A DNA stretch of 64,000 bases from Candidatus Omnitrophica bacterium 4484_213 (GTDB lineage Bacteria > Omnitrophota > 4484-213). This document shows, piece by piece, positions 24,269 through 34,604 of the stretch. The DNA is taken from contig MZGK01000002.1 in assembly GCA_002085025.1 (NCBI GenBank), positions 15,341-79,340 on the forward strand. The letters are read 5' to 3'. Under the pieces are notes generated by a model. It worked only from the letters and a program-made list of their open reading frames with translations. It was not told the origin of the DNA and did no database searches. The position numbers and the translations under genes were made by a program. How positions within the stretch are numbered: position 1 is the stretch's first letter; every line of letters starts with the position of its first letter.

Positions 24269-24823
24269 TTAGAATACCTCATTCAACCCTTTTTCTTTAT
24301 TCATCTTTGCCAGGAGTTTTTCGTCCAATTGTTTAGCCGGATGGAGCCCCATCCTCTTTGCTCTCTGGGTTAAAGCAGCGACCTCAATAAGTGTGGCTAT
24401 ATTCCTTCCTGGACGCACCGGGATTATTAAATAGGGCAATTTAACATCCAGGATTGCATAAGTTTTTTCCTCTAATCCTAAACGTTCGTATTCTTGGTTT
24501 GAATCCCACTTCTCTAAGCAAACAACCATTCCAATCCTTTTTTGATTTCGAACCGCTCCTACTCCAAATATATCTTTCACATTTATAATTCCTAACCCTC
24601 TAATCTCTATATAATGCTTTATTAATTCATCAGCACTTCTCCCAAGCAAGATTTTCTTTCCTTTAAGTTCAATATGTACCATATCATCAGCAACTAAGCG
24701 GTGTCCTCGCTCTATTAATTCTAAAGCACATTCGCTTTTCCCTGCTCCGCTTTTGCCGGTAAGTAATACTCCCACACCATAGACATCTACTATAGTACCA
24801 TGAAGGGTAAGGGTATTTTTCAT
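24269..24823 (-). CDS. hprK: HPr kinase/phosphorylase, catalytic domain only
   Basis: LHG..VDVYGVGVLLTGKSGAGKSE, GHRLVADD, EIRGLGII, PVRPGRN. Confidence 0.9.
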   Translation of the reverse strand: MKNTLTLHGTIVDVYGVGVLLTGKSGAGKSECALELIERGHRLVADDMVHIELKGKKILLGRSADELIKHYIEIRGLGIINVKDIFGVGAVRNQKRIGMVVCLEKWDSNQEYERLGLEEKTYAILDVKLPYLIIPVRPGRNIATLIEVAALTQRAKRMGLHPAKQLDEKLLAKMNKEKGLNEVF

Positions 24824-25287
24824 TATTCCTGCCGTTTATCCTCAGCAATTATTATCTTCAATAATTCTTTCTCGCTCTTTGCCTGCCGCAGAGAGAGACA
24901 AAAATTCTTATCTTTAAGAAGACGGGATATCCTTGCCAATGCTTTTAAATGCGGTCCTGAAGAATTCCGAGGAGCTACCAATAAAAAGAAGATATAGACC
25001 AATTCTCCATCCAGGGCATCGAATTTTACCCCTTGCTTAGAAATCCCCACAGCGCCAGTTAATTTCCTTATTGTATCTGACTTACCGTGAGGAATAGCAA
25101 TCCCCTGGCCAATTCCGGTGCTTCCCAACTCCTCTCTCTCCATAAGGGTTTTGACCAAGACATCTTTCTGTTCAGCCTCCCCCGCTTTTATCAATAAATC
25201 TACCAATTCTTCAATCACTCCTTTTTTGTCTTTAGCCAAGAGATTGACGCTGACTGCTTTCTGGTTTAAAAAATCTACAATTTTCAT
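24823..25287 (-). CDS. ptsN: PTS IIA (Ntr/Fru-type)
   Basis: REELGSTGIGQGIAIPH, HLKALARISR. Confidence 0.88.
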   Translation of the reverse strand: MKIVDFLNQKAVSVNLLAKDKKGVIEELVDLLIKAGEAEQKDVLVKTLMEREELGSTGIGQGIAIPHGKSDTIRKLTGAVGISKQGVKFDALDGELVYIFFLLVAPRNSSGPHLKALARISRLLKDKNFCLSLRQAKSEKELLKIIIAEDKRQE

Positions 25288-25505
25288 TTTTAATAAGCAC
25301 GCGATTTACGGAACGAAGTGCTCGTAAATCGCTGTGCACATTGAGCCCAGCGCTTATTTTACCAAGAACAGTTGAGAATAAAACATAAGCATAGCTTTTA
25401 AAAAATTGTTTTATTTAAAAATTACCTTGATGATAAAATAAGCGCTGGGAAATTCCACTAACAAATTTGCGAAGCACTTCGTGCAACGCAAATTTGAGTT
25501 TCATT
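25288..25505. repeat. Family D element
   Basis: cat-ttttaataagcacgc[hairpin]gctgtgcacatt..cccagcgcttatttt/aaaataagcgctggg..gtttcattta. Confidence 0.88.
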
Positions 25506-25788
25506 TATTTTTTATCTTATCCTTTAAATGAGAGAGCTGTTCTTCTACTTTGTCAATCGCTTTATTTAAACAAAAGCGAAGGTCCTCATTCTCTTCTTTG
25601 GCTGTGCAGGTTAACTTCTTAGCTGATAGAATTATTTCCGTGAGGTACCTCTCCTTCTGGCGAGAAATAACAACATGCACATTAATAATATGAGTAAAAT
25701 ATTTCTTAAATCGCTCTACCTTAGTTTCAATATCTCTTTTTAAATTATCACTTAGTTCAAAATGCCTTCCGGTAATTGTAAGATTCAT
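25501..25788 (-). CDS. hpf: Ribosome hibernation factor (short HPF)
   Basis: MNLTITGRHFEL...AIDKVEEQL; lies between lptB and ptsN. Confidence 0.85.
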   Translation of the reverse strand: MNLTITGRHFELSDNLKRDIETKVERFKKYFTHIINVHVVISRQKERYLTEIILSAKKLTCTAKEENEDLRFCLNKAIDKVEEQLSHLKDKIKNK

Positions 25789-25799
25789 CAGCTTCCTCC

Positions 25800-26525
25800 T
25801 TACAACCTAAACTTCTCCCCCAGATAAATCTTTCTTGCCTGGGGGTCATTAACCAATTCCTCAGAGGTTCCCGAAATTAAAATTTTCCCTTCTGCCATTA
25901 TATAAGCGCAATCAGTTATAGCCAGCGTTTCTCGCACATTGTGGTCGGTAAGCAGAATACCAATTCCTTTTTGTTTTAAATGAGCGATAATTTCCTGAAT
26001 GTCAGCAACGGCAATGGGGTCTACTCCACTGAATGGTTCATCTAAGAGAATAAAAGAAGGGTTAGTAACTAATGCTCTGGTAATTTCTAATCTTCTCTTC
26101 TCTCCTCCGGAGAGTGTCCAGGCTTTATTTCCGGCTAAATAGGTTATATTTAACTCTTTTAGAAGCTGTTTTAATCTATTTCTTCTTTCTGCGCGCGATA
26201 AAGGAAAATTTTCTAAAATTGCCATAATATTTCCTTCTACAGTAAGGTTTTGAAAAACAGAGGTCTCCTGAGAAAGATAGCTAATTCCCAATCTTGCTCT
26301 TTTATACACCGGTAATTTACTTATCTCTTGATTATTGAAGAATATTCTCCCAAAATCTATCTTTATTATACCTACAATAGAATAAAAAGTAGTTGTTTTT
26401 CCTGCTCCATTAGGACCTAATAAACCAACGACCTCTCCCGTATGCACTTCAATTTCTACTTTGTCAACCACTTTTTTTTGGTTATAAATCTTTACTAAAT
26501 TTTCTGTCCGCAATAATGAAGTCAT
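25800..26525 (-). CDS. lptB: LPS export ABC ATPase
   Basis: GPNGAGKTT, LSGGEKRR, LLDEPF, TDHNVRETL, YLGEKFRL. Confidence 0.95.
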   Translation of the reverse strand: MTSLLRTENLVKIYNQKKVVDKVEIEVHTGEVVGLLGPNGAGKTTTFYSIVGIIKIDFGRIFFNNQEISKLPVYKRARLGISYLSQETSVFQNLTVEGNIMAILENFPLSRAERRNRLKQLLKELNITYLAGNKAWTLSGGEKRRLEITRALVTNPSFILLDEPFSGVDPIAVADIQEIIAHLKQKGIGILLTDHNVRETLAITDCAYIMAEGKILISGTSEELVNDPQARKIYLGEKFRL

Positions 26526-26529
26526 CTCT

Positions 26530-27140
26530 TTAAAAGTAGAGAGATATCAACGAATTTACCCCGTTAGAAAGCCCCGTTTCCTTCTTCCTTATAGGGGCAA
26601 ATTCCTTATAGGAACGATAAAGAAGTTGTTCCCATTTATACTTGATAGTCAATATCTCAGGCAACTTTTCTATGTTTCTAGCTGTGGCTTGGGCAAAGTC
26701 AACCTTCCCCCCGCCTCTTCCATCCAGCTGCTCGGCAATTTCATTAATCACCTGTCCACAGTGAATTTTCCCGCTTAAATCTCTCGTGGTAGTCATTATT
26801 AAATAAATCTTATTATCCTTCACCGAGGCCAAGCCAATAACATCTAAATCTATCTTTTTTCTGAGAACATCGGAGATCTCTCTTAATTCAGGAAAATCAA
26901 AACCGAAGAACTGGCGAATAACTACATCCCTTTCCTTCTCCTGATTAAGAGAAGCAAAGATGTCCTTAGCATAATAACCAAATAATTCTCTTTTCAATCT
27001 CTCATTTCTCTTCTTCGACTCTTTTAGCTGCTGAATAATATCCTTTGCTTTCTCAATTATTTTTTTACGCGAAGCAGAAAAGATTTGGGCAAGCTCTTCA
27101 ATCTTGTTTTCTTCTTCTTTTATTAATTGATAAAGTCCTT
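26530..27140 (-). pseudogene. alaS: C-Ala/DHHA1 part of AlaRS, out of frame with the N-terminal part
   Basis: GLYQLIKEEE...GRGGGKVDFAQA; tail is a family A repeat. Confidence 0.8.
26545..26648. repeat. Family A element, copy 2 (104 bp)
   Basis: Identical to 4045-4148. Confidence 0.95.
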
Positions 27141-28831
27141 CGGACATGGACACCACCACAAAATTCCTTACTGTAATTACCGATAGAAACAACTTGCACT
27201 TCTTCTCCATATTTCTCCTCAAACAAACCAATTGCCCCAGCCTCAATTGCTTTTTGTTTGGGCATTAATTCCCTTTCCACGGCGTCATTGTTTAAAATTC
27301 TATTATTAACCATTTCCTCTACCTTTGTCAACTCCTCTTTGGTTAAACCCCGGGGGTGGGTAAAGTCAAAATGGAAATAAGCCGGAAAGATAATGGAACC
27401 GGCCTGTCTGATATGTCTGCCCAGAATTTCTCTTAACACACTTTGCAAAATGTGAGTGGCTGTGTGATTGCGAGCAACATCTATCTCTTCTTCTCCCCAC
27501 ACCCCTAGCAAAGGTAATCCTTGCTTTTTTGCCCTTTCCTTTTCATCTTGCTTAGTAAAAATTTGTTTATTAAAAACTGATTTTTCTCTTGAACGCCGAC
27601 GTTGTTTTTCCACATATTGAATGAATTTCTGCCTATTTAACTCAATTCCTCTCTGGGAGACCAAATTTTCAATTTCTTCATAGGGAAGACCATAAGTATC
27701 ATAGAGTTCAAAAGCGGTTTTTTCGTTTATATCCTTTTTGTTATCTAAAATTGATATCGCTCGATTTATTGTTTGGATAAATTTCGCTTCTTCCTCTTTT
27801 ATTGTTTCTTTTATCCTTTTTTCTGCCTCTTTGACCTCAGGATAAACGCCCTCGGCGAGTTTGACAACAACTGGCACTAAATTATATAAAAAAGGAGATT
27901 CTATCTTTAAATCTCTCCCCAAACTGGCTGCCTTGCGAATCAACTTTCTAATTACATAGCCTTCCCTTTCATTAGCGGGAATAGCACCATCAGCAATGGT
28001 AAATACGACCGCTCGGATGTAATCAGCAATGATATAATGAGCGGGTAGCGGGTAGCGGGTAGCGGGTAGCGGGAGAGATTCTACGATTAGCTTGAAGAGG
28101 TCGGTTTCAAAGTCGTTTCGCACACCTTGGAGCACTGCAGTGAGTCGTTCCAGGCCCATCCCGGTATCAACATTCTTATTTTTCAATTCTTCTATTTTGC
28201 CCTTATCGCGATTAAACTGGGTAAACACAAGGTTCCACACCTCTATAGAGTTATCGGGGCAGAATTCTTCCCTGCCTTGCTGGCCAGTAGCTTCCCAATC
28301 ATAGAAAATTTCCGAACAAGGACCACAAGGCCCATCCGGACCCTCCTCCAGGGCATTGCTTGGCCAGAAATTCTCTCTCGAACCAAATTTTTTAATCCTT
28401 TCTTCAGGAAGCCCGATTTTCTTTTTCCATATTTGCGCGCTCTCTTCATCGTCTTCAAAGACTGAAACCCATAACTTCTCAGCCGGGAGGCTTAACTTTG
28501 AGGTCAAGAATTCCCATGCCCACTTAATCGCCTCTTCCTTATAATAATCCCCAAAAGAAAAATTGCCCAGCATCTCAAAGAATGTGTGGTGGCCTGGAAC
28601 CCTCCCTACTTCTTCTATATCGGCTGTCCGCAAGCACTTCTGACAGGAAGCCGCTCTTTTTAGATCTTTGGGTGGATGCAAAAAGAACTCCTTGAATTGA
28701 TTCATCCCTGCTGAGGTGAATAATAAGGAAGGGTCATCTTGGGGAAGCAGAGAAGATGAAGGAAAAATCTTGTGCCCCTTTTCCTTGAAGAAACTCAAAA
28801 ATTTCTCTCTGATTTCATTAGCAGTTGTCAT
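27098..28831 (-). CDS. alaS: Alanine-tRNA ligase catalytic and partial editing domains, frameshifted
   Basis: LLFTSAGMNQFK, HHTFFEMLGNFSFGDY, DTGMGLER, NHTATH, EFCGGVH. Confidence 0.92.
   Translation of the reverse strand: MTTANEIREKFLSFFKEKGHKIFPSSSLLPQDDPSLLFTSAGMNQFKEFFLHPPKDLKRAASCQKCLRTADIEEVGRVPGHHTFFEMLGNFSFGDYYKEEAIKWAWEFLTSKLSLPAEKLWVSVFEDDEESAQIWKKKIGLPEERIKKFGSRENFWPSNALEEGPDGPCGPCSEIFYDWEATGQQGREEFCPDNSIEVWNLVFTQFNRDKGKIEELKNKNVDTGMGLERLTAVLQGVRNDFETDLFKLIVESLPLPATRYPLPAHYIIADYIRAVVFTIADGAIPANEREGYVIRKLIRKAASLGRDLKIESPFLYNLVPVVVKLAEGVYPEVKEAEKRIKETIKEEEAKFIQTINRAISILDNKKDINEKTAFELYDTYGLPYEEIENLVSQRGIELNRQKFIQYVEKQRRRSREKSVFNKQIFTKQDEKERAKKQGLPLLGVWGEEEIDVARNHTATHILQSVLREILGRHIRQAGSIIFPAYFHFDFTHPRGLTKEELTKVEEMVNNRILNNDAVERELMPKQKAIEAGAIGLFEEKYGEEVQVVSIGNYSKEFCGGVHVRRTLSINKRRRKQD
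28040..28074. repeat. Heptamer tandem repeat inside alaS
   Basis: (gcgggta)x4 plus gcggg; encodes LPATRYPLPA. Confidence 0.9.
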
Positions 28832-29853
28832 ATTTCCCTTCCTGCCACTTCGGCAAACTCTTTAAGTTCCTCCATCAACTTTTCAAATTTCGCCGGCAGC
28901 AGGGATTGAGCACCATCAGATAACGCCTCTTCTGGACAAGGATGAACCTCAATAAGTAAACCATCACTTCCACAAGCAACAGCGGCTCTGGAAAGAGGAA
29001 AGATTAGTTTCCAGCTCCCACTGGCGTGGCTGGGGTCAACAATAATGGGCAAATGGGTCAAACTTTTGACTATAGGAATAGCAGAAATATCCAGGGTATT
29101 ACGGGTAGCCGTTTCAAAGGTTCTAATGCCTCTTTCGCAGAGGATGACATTGGAATTGCCCTGGGAAAGAATATACTCGGCGCTCATCAACCATTCGTTA
29201 ATAGTGGACATCAATCCTCTTTTTAACACCACTGTCTTTTTAGATAGACCAACTTCTTTCAAGAGATTAAAGTTCTGCATATTGCGAGCACCAATTTGGA
29301 GAATATCAGCGTATTTTTCTACGAGCTGGACATCGCGAGTGTCCATAACTTCAGTGACTGTAAGCAATCCTACATCTTTTCCTACCTGCTTTAAGTACTT
29401 TAGCCCTTCTTCTCCTAATCCTTGAAAACTATAGGGAGAGGTGCGCGGCTTAAATGCTCCTCCTCTTAGAATAGTCACTCCGGCTTTCTTCACTGCCCTT
29501 GCCGTCTGCAATAAATTATCATAACTTTCAATCGCACACGGCCCAGCCATTACCACGATTCTCTTGCCTCCAATCTGTTCTCTTAGGCCTCCATTAGAAA
29601 CACTAATTATACTGTTTTCAGGATGAAACTCTCGAGAAACCAATTTATAGGGCTTAAGGATAGGCATTACCTTCTCTACGCCGGGAAATGCCTCCAGTGG
29701 TTGAACCCTTAATTTATCTTCTTCCCCGATAACGCCGATAATTGTCCGCTCAATCCCCTTGGAAACAATGGTCTTTAGCCCCCAAGATTGAACCTTCTCT
29801 GTAATATGCTGAATTTCCTTTTCCGTAGCAGTTGGTTTCAAGACAATGATCAT
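28828..29853 (-). CDS. aroF: DAHP synthase type I-beta with N-terminal regulatory domain
   Basis: AGPCAIE, RGGAFKPRTSPYSFQG, IGARNMQN, VDPSH. Confidence 0.93.
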   Translation of the reverse strand: MIIVLKPTATEKEIQHITEKVQSWGLKTIVSKGIERTIIGVIGEEDKLRVQPLEAFPGVEKVMPILKPYKLVSREFHPENSIISVSNGGLREQIGGKRIVVMAGPCAIESYDNLLQTARAVKKAGVTILRGGAFKPRTSPYSFQGLGEEGLKYLKQVGKDVGLLTVTEVMDTRDVQLVEKYADILQIGARNMQNFNLLKEVGLSKKTVVLKRGLMSTINEWLMSAEYILSQGNSNVILCERGIRTFETATRNTLDISAIPIVKSLTHLPIIVDPSHASGSWKLIFPLSRAAVACGSDGLLIEVHPCPEEALSDGAQSLLPAKFEKLMEELKEFAEVAGREI

Positions 29854-29926
29854 AAGTTCCCCTTTTTAAAAATGATTACAGCGATAAATAACGATTACGG
29901 CGATTGACAATCTCAAGTTTTTAAAA

Positions 29927-31039
29927 CTATCTATCCTTTATCTCTAAAAGTGCCTTAATAAATTTCTCGTTCTCTTCTTTTTTTCCAATAGTTAAGCGCA
30001 CAAAGTTATTCAGTTTATAAGGTTTTAAATTGCGCACGATTATTCCATAAGCAAGCATCCTTCGGCAAAACTCTCTACCGTCTTGTCGAACATCTATGGT
30101 AACAAAATTGGTAGCGCTATTTATGTAAAAAAAATTCAGTTTATCTAAGGAGTTGCAAATATATTCTTTCCCTTCGCTTACCACCTCTTTTGTTTGGTTT
30201 AAGAATGTTTCATCATCTAAAACTGCTGCTGCGGCTTGTTGGGCTAGATAATTGACATTAAAGGGAAGGCGAACACGGTTCAAATAATCAATAAATTGAG
30301 GATTGCTGATTCCGTAGCCAATCCTCAGGCCGGCCAAGCCATAAAATTTAGAAAATGTCCTCAAGAGGATGAGATTTTGTTTATCTAAAAACTCAAGCAT
30401 CCGGGGATAATCATCGGCCTGAACAAACTCTATATAGGTCTGGTCTAAAATAATAACCACATTTTCGGGAATATCCTTTAAAAAATCTTCTATTTCACCT
30501 TGTTTTAAATAACTTCCTAAGGGATTGTTGGGGTTGGAGATAAAAATCAATTTTGTTTTGTTGTTGATTGCTAATTTTATTCTTTTTAAATCGGTCCTAA
30601 AATCCTTGACAGATACACAAACAATCTTGGCGCCAGCCGCCTTAGCCGCCAATTTATAAATTAAAAAATCGGGTTCACTCAAGATTACTTCTTCTCCGGG
30701 ATTTAAAAATGCTTTAATAATCAGCTCAATAATCTCATCCGAACCATTGCCTAAGATTATATTTTGGGGATTAAGGCCGCATCTCTTAGCAATCTTTTCT
30801 CGCAGAGAAAAGGGTCTATCCGGGGGATAACGATAGATATTCTTCAGCGAAGATTTTATCGCTTCTATCGCCTTCTGCGAAACCCCAATTGGATTCTCAT
30901 TGGAAGCGAGTTTAATAAGCTCTTTATCAATGCCGACATCCTTTGCATTCAGCCCTGGCTGATATGGTTGTAAGCCAAGAATGGATTCTTTGGCTAAATT
31001 TTGGAGTTGGGTGGACATTTCAGAAAGTGCTATTTCCAT
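29927..31039 (-). CDS. hisC: Histidinol-phosphate aminotransferase
   Basis: KLASNENP, GNGSDE, NPNNP, RTFSKFYGLAGLRIGY. Confidence 0.93.
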   Translation of the reverse strand: MEIALSEMSTQLQNLAKESILGLQPYQPGLNAKDVGIDKELIKLASNENPIGVSQKAIEAIKSSLKNIYRYPPDRPFSLREKIAKRCGLNPQNIILGNGSDEIIELIIKAFLNPGEEVILSEPDFLIYKLAAKAAGAKIVCVSVKDFRTDLKRIKLAINNKTKLIFISNPNNPLGSYLKQGEIEDFLKDIPENVVIILDQTYIEFVQADDYPRMLEFLDKQNLILLRTFSKFYGLAGLRIGYGISNPQFIDYLNRVRLPFNVNYLAQQAAAAVLDDETFLNQTKEVVSEGKEYICNSLDKLNFFYINSATNFVTIDVRQDGREFCRRMLAYGIIVRNLKPYKLNNFVRLTIGKKEENEKFIKALLEIKDR

Positions 31040-31102
31040 ATTCTTTTTTTCTGCTCTGTCTTTTAGCTTGAAGTCTGGAGCTTGTTGTCTCCAGCCTATA
31101 AT

Positions 31103-32176
31103 CTATAACCCACTCTTCGGATACGCCCCTAATATCTTTAGATAAATGCACTTCTTATTCAGCTCTGTGAGGACTTTTTTCACCTTTTTATCCTCAGAGT
31201 GCCCCTCTAAATCTACGAAGAAGTAATACTCCCAGGCTCTTTTTTTGGAAGGGCGGGATTCTATTTTGGTAAGGTTAATTCCTTGTTTTTTAAATGGCAG
31301 AAGCGTTTCATAGAGTGCTCCTACTTTATCTTTTAGTGAAAAGACGATTGAGGTCTTATCCTTACCAGTTTTAGAGACCTCGTTTTTACCAATTATCAAA
31401 AAGCGAGTGATGTTATGTAGGCTATCCTGAATGTCCCTTTTGACTATCTTTAGATTGTAAATCTGAGCAGCTAACTCATTAGCAATTGCCCCCGAATATT
31501 CCTCCCCGGTGGCAATCTCTGCTGCTTTCGTTGTGCTGGAAACCTCAATCAGTTCAGCATTGGGTAAATTTCTGTTTAGCCAACCGCGACATTGCCCAAA
31601 CACCTGAGGATTGGAATAAACCCTTTTAATCTCGGTGAGGGGAAAATTAGAAAGAAAACTGTGTGAAATCTTCAGAAATATCTCTGAGCATATTTTTATA
31701 TCAAAATCTATAAACATATCCAGGGTGTAGTTCACCGCTCCCTCAATAGAGTTTTCAATAGGAACTACTCCATAATCCGCCTCTCCTTTCTCCACGAGTT
31801 TGAATATACCGTCAATATTTGAGGAGTTAAGATATTCTACCGAGCTACCGAACTTTTTTAAAGCCGCTAAATGGGTGAAGGTAGCCGCTGGTCCTAAGTA
31901 AGCAATACGCATTTCCTTCTGGAGAGAGAGGGTGCCAGACATAATCTCACGGTAGACTGCTTTTACAGTTTTCTCGCGCAGGGGTCCCTTATTCAGTTTA
32001 ATAATCCGGCGATAGATATCTTCTTCTCTCTGGGGTGCATAAACAGAGATACCCTTCTTATCTTTTATCTCGCCAACCCTGAGAGCAACCTCTGTGCGCT
32101 GATTAAGAAGTTGAATTATCTTTTTATCTAAGTGATCAATCTCTCGGCGAAGTATCTCTAATTTTTTCTCTTTCAT
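31103..32176 (-). CDS. pheA: Chorismate mutase/prephenate dehydratase
   Basis: LRREIDHLD, VPIENSIEG, NITRF, LTKIESRP. Confidence 0.94.
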   Translation of the reverse strand: MKEKKLEILRREIDHLDKKIIQLLNQRTEVALRVGEIKDKKGISVYAPQREEDIYRRIIKLNKGPLREKTVKAVYREIMSGTLSLQKEMRIAYLGPAATFTHLAALKKFGSSVEYLNSSNIDGIFKLVEKGEADYGVVPIENSIEGAVNYTLDMFIDFDIKICSEIFLKISHSFLSNFPLTEIKRVYSNPQVFGQCRGWLNRNLPNAELIEVSSTTKAAEIATGEEYSGAIANELAAQIYNLKIVKRDIQDSLHNITRFLIIGKNEVSKTGKDKTSIVFSLKDKVGALYETLLPFKKQGINLTKIESRPSKKRAWEYYFFVDLEGHSEDKKVKKVLTELNKKCIYLKILGAYPKSGL

Positions 32177-32696
32177 TTTTCTTCAGTTTCGGAAGGTCGC
32201 TAAGCGACCTTAAACCAAAATACTGCAAAAAATGGGAAGTTGTGCGGTAGATTAAGGGCCTACCCAGCGTTTCTTTTCTGCCAGCAATCCTAATCAATTT
32301 TTTTTCGGTGAGCAATCTCAAGATTCCTCCTACCTCTACTCCTCTTATAACTTCGATATCGGCACGGGTTACCGGCTGACGATAGGCAATAATAGATAAG
32401 GTTTCTAAAGCAGCGGCAGAGAGTCTCTCTTCTCGCTCTCTTCTAGCTATCCTTTTTAACCAGGGAGCATAAAGAGGTAAGGTGCAAATTTGAAACCCTT
32501 GGGCAATCTCTACAATCTGGAAACTCCGTTTCTCCTTCGCATATTCATTTTTCAATTCCTCAATAATCTCTCTTATTGCCTTATTTCCGAGCCTTAAAAC
32601 CTTATTTAGCCCTTCAATTAACAAGGGTTTAGGGCTAGCAAATAAGGCAGCTTCAATTATTCTCTTCGCTTCCTCCCTACTTATCGGTTTCTCCAT
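32136..32696 (-). CDS. scpB: Segregation and condensation protein B
   Basis: IEAALFAS, LSAAALETLSIIAYRQPVTR, GRPLIY; start moved to ATG 32696. Confidence 0.92.
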   Translation of the reverse strand: MEKPISREEAKRIIEAALFASPKPLLIEGLNKVLRLGNKAIREIIEELKNEYAKEKRSFQIVEIAQGFQICTLPLYAPWLKRIARREREERLSAAALETLSIIAYRQPVTRADIEVIRGVEVGGILRLLTEKKLIRIAGRKETLGRPLIYRTTSHFLQYFGLRSLSDLPKLKKNEREKIRDTSPRD

Positions 32697-33453
32697 ATAT
32701 AGAGTGAGCTCCACCCTTTCTGCTTTCAGGAAATTCTTTAGGGTAAGAATGGGCGGGATAAATCCAAATTTCTCCAAACAATTCATCTTGGCGGACAGTT
32801 ATCTGCTCAGTCTTTATTAATTCCAGAGTAGCCAAGAAAATAGCAATCATCTCTATTTTAGTCTCTGCTGATCGGAATAACTTTCTTAGAGAAATGAAAG
32901 ATTCGTTTTTTAACCTATTTAAAATTTGCGAAATCTTATCGCGGATAGTCCATTTTTCTTTAACCAGTTTAATTTCTTTATCTGGGATAAACGAGGAAAT
33001 TTGAGCAAAAGCAGTGATTAAATCCTGAATATTTACCCTCTCTTGCTTGGTATTATCCTCCTTGGTATCTTCCTCTATTTTCATTCTTGGGCGGCCAAAA
33101 AACAAACTCCGTTCCTTCTCCTTACTCCTTAACTCCTTTGCTATATTTTTAATCTGCTCATAGGCCCAGAGTTTTTGCTCCAAAAGATTCTTCAGATTCT
33201 CCTTTTCCTGCTCGGGAGCAACTTCTCTTTTTGGCAAAAGTGAAACCGACTTCAAAAAAATCAAACTGGAAAAAATTAATAAAAAATCCGCGGCAATATC
33301 TATACTTCTCTGAAAATCTAATAGCCAATCAAGATACTGATTGACTATTTCAATCAAGGAGAAATTGCAGATATCCAATTTTTCTTCTTTAACTTGCTGG
33401 AGAAGAACTCGGGGTTCTCCGAAGAAATTTTCTAATTCTAAATTTAGAGTCAT
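32677..33453 (-). CDS. scpA: Segregation and condensation protein A
   Basis: AADFL..KSVSLLP, FLATLELIK, QDELFGEI; adjacent to scpB. Confidence 0.88.
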   Translation of the reverse strand: MTLNLELENFFGEPRVLLQQVKEEKLDICNFSLIEIVNQYLDWLLDFQRSIDIAADFLLIFSSLIFLKSVSLLPKREVAPEQEKENLKNLLEQKLWAYEQIKNIAKELRSKEKERSLFFGRPRMKIEEDTKEDNTKQERVNIQDLITAFAQISSFIPDKEIKLVKEKWTIRDKISQILNRLKNESFISLRKLFRSAETKIEMIAIFLATLELIKTEQITVRQDELFGEIWIYPAHSYPKEFPESRKGGAHSIYGETDK

Positions 33454-33474
33454 GTTGTCTCGCTAATGCAAGCT

Positions 33475-33606
33475 CCAATAACCAAGATACAAGATACAAA
33501 TAAATTCCAATATTCAGTAATCAATAACCAAACCAAAACAATAACCTCTGTTTGGTTATTGGAATTTGGTGATTGGTTATTATTTGGTTATTGTATCTTG
33601 GTTATT
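33475..33606. repeat. Family E inner element supplying the trpS C-terminus
   Basis: aataaccaagatacaa/ttgtatcttggttatt arms with roughly 7-nt periodicity. Confidence 0.88.
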
Positions 33607-34604
33607 AAAGGAACAAATCCTATCCTCTCCCGCACCTCTTTTAATGTTCTCTCAGCCCGTTCGCTCGCTTTCTCTGCTCCTTGCTTTAAGATGGTAAGTA
33701 TATATTCTTTATCACCAATAAGTTTTTTATACCTATTTTGTATCGGACGCAACGTCTCAATAATTAACTCGGCAAGTTCTTTTTTAAATCCAGCATAGTT
33801 TTCGTCTTTAAACTGTTCTTCTAATTTGGCTATAGGTATCCCCGATAGACAAGAATAGATAGTCAAGAGATTGCTTATACCTAATTTTGTTTTATTTGCC
33901 TTTATCTCTCTTCCTGAATCTGTAACGGCTTGTCTAATCTTTTTGAGCACCACCGATGGTTCATCTAATAAAGCAATATAGTTGTTAGAATTGAGGTCGG
34001 ATTTGTCCATTTTACGTTCGGGATTGAGCAAACTCATTATTCTTGCTCCTGCTCGGGAAATATAAGCCTCGGGAATTTGGAATACCTTTCCGTATAAATT
34101 ATTAAATCTACTGGCAATGTTTCTGGTTAATTCAAGATGCTGCCTCTGGTCATCTCCGATAGGCACAATATTGGCTTGATATAGCAATATATCAGCAGCC
34201 ATTAGCACAGGGTATACATAAAGTCCGGCATTAACATTGGAGGAATATTTCCTTGCTTTATCTTTGAATTGGGTCATTCGGTTCAATTCACCGACGTTGG
34301 TGAAGCAGTTCAGAATCCAAGCCAATTCTGCATGCGCCGGGACATTGGACTGAATAAATATTATACTTTGTTCTGGGTCTATTCCCGAGGCAAGATATTG
34401 AGCGGCAAACGATATAGAGCGCTCTCGCAGAGTAGATGGGTCTTGGCGCACTGTAATTGAATGCATATCTACAACTATAAACAGACAATCATAGTGGGCC
34501 TGCATCTGGCTCCAGTTCTTTAATGCCCCGATGTAATTACCTATGGTGAGATTTCCGGTAGGGGCAACGCCGCTCAAGAGTATTTTTTTATTATTGATTT
34601 TCAT
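33588..34604 (-). CDS. trpS: Tryptophan-tRNA ligase
   Basis: TIGNYIGA, RMTQFKDK, YPVLMAADIL, GDDQRQH, KMDKS. Confidence 0.95.
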   Translation of the reverse strand: MKINNKKILLSGVAPTGNLTIGNYIGALKNWSQMQAHYDCLFIVVDMHSITVRQDPSTLRERSISFAAQYLASGIDPEQSIIFIQSNVPAHAELAWILNCFTNVGELNRMTQFKDKARKYSSNVNAGLYVYPVLMAADILLYQANIVPIGDDQRQHLELTRNIASRFNNLYGKVFQIPEAYISRAGARIMSLLNPERKMDKSDLNSNNYIALLDEPSVVLKKIRQAVTDSGREIKANKTKLGISNLLTIYSCLSGIPIAKLEEQFKDENYAGFKKELAELIIETLRPIQNRYKKLIGDKEYILTILKQGAEKASERAERTLKEVRERIGFVPLITKIQ

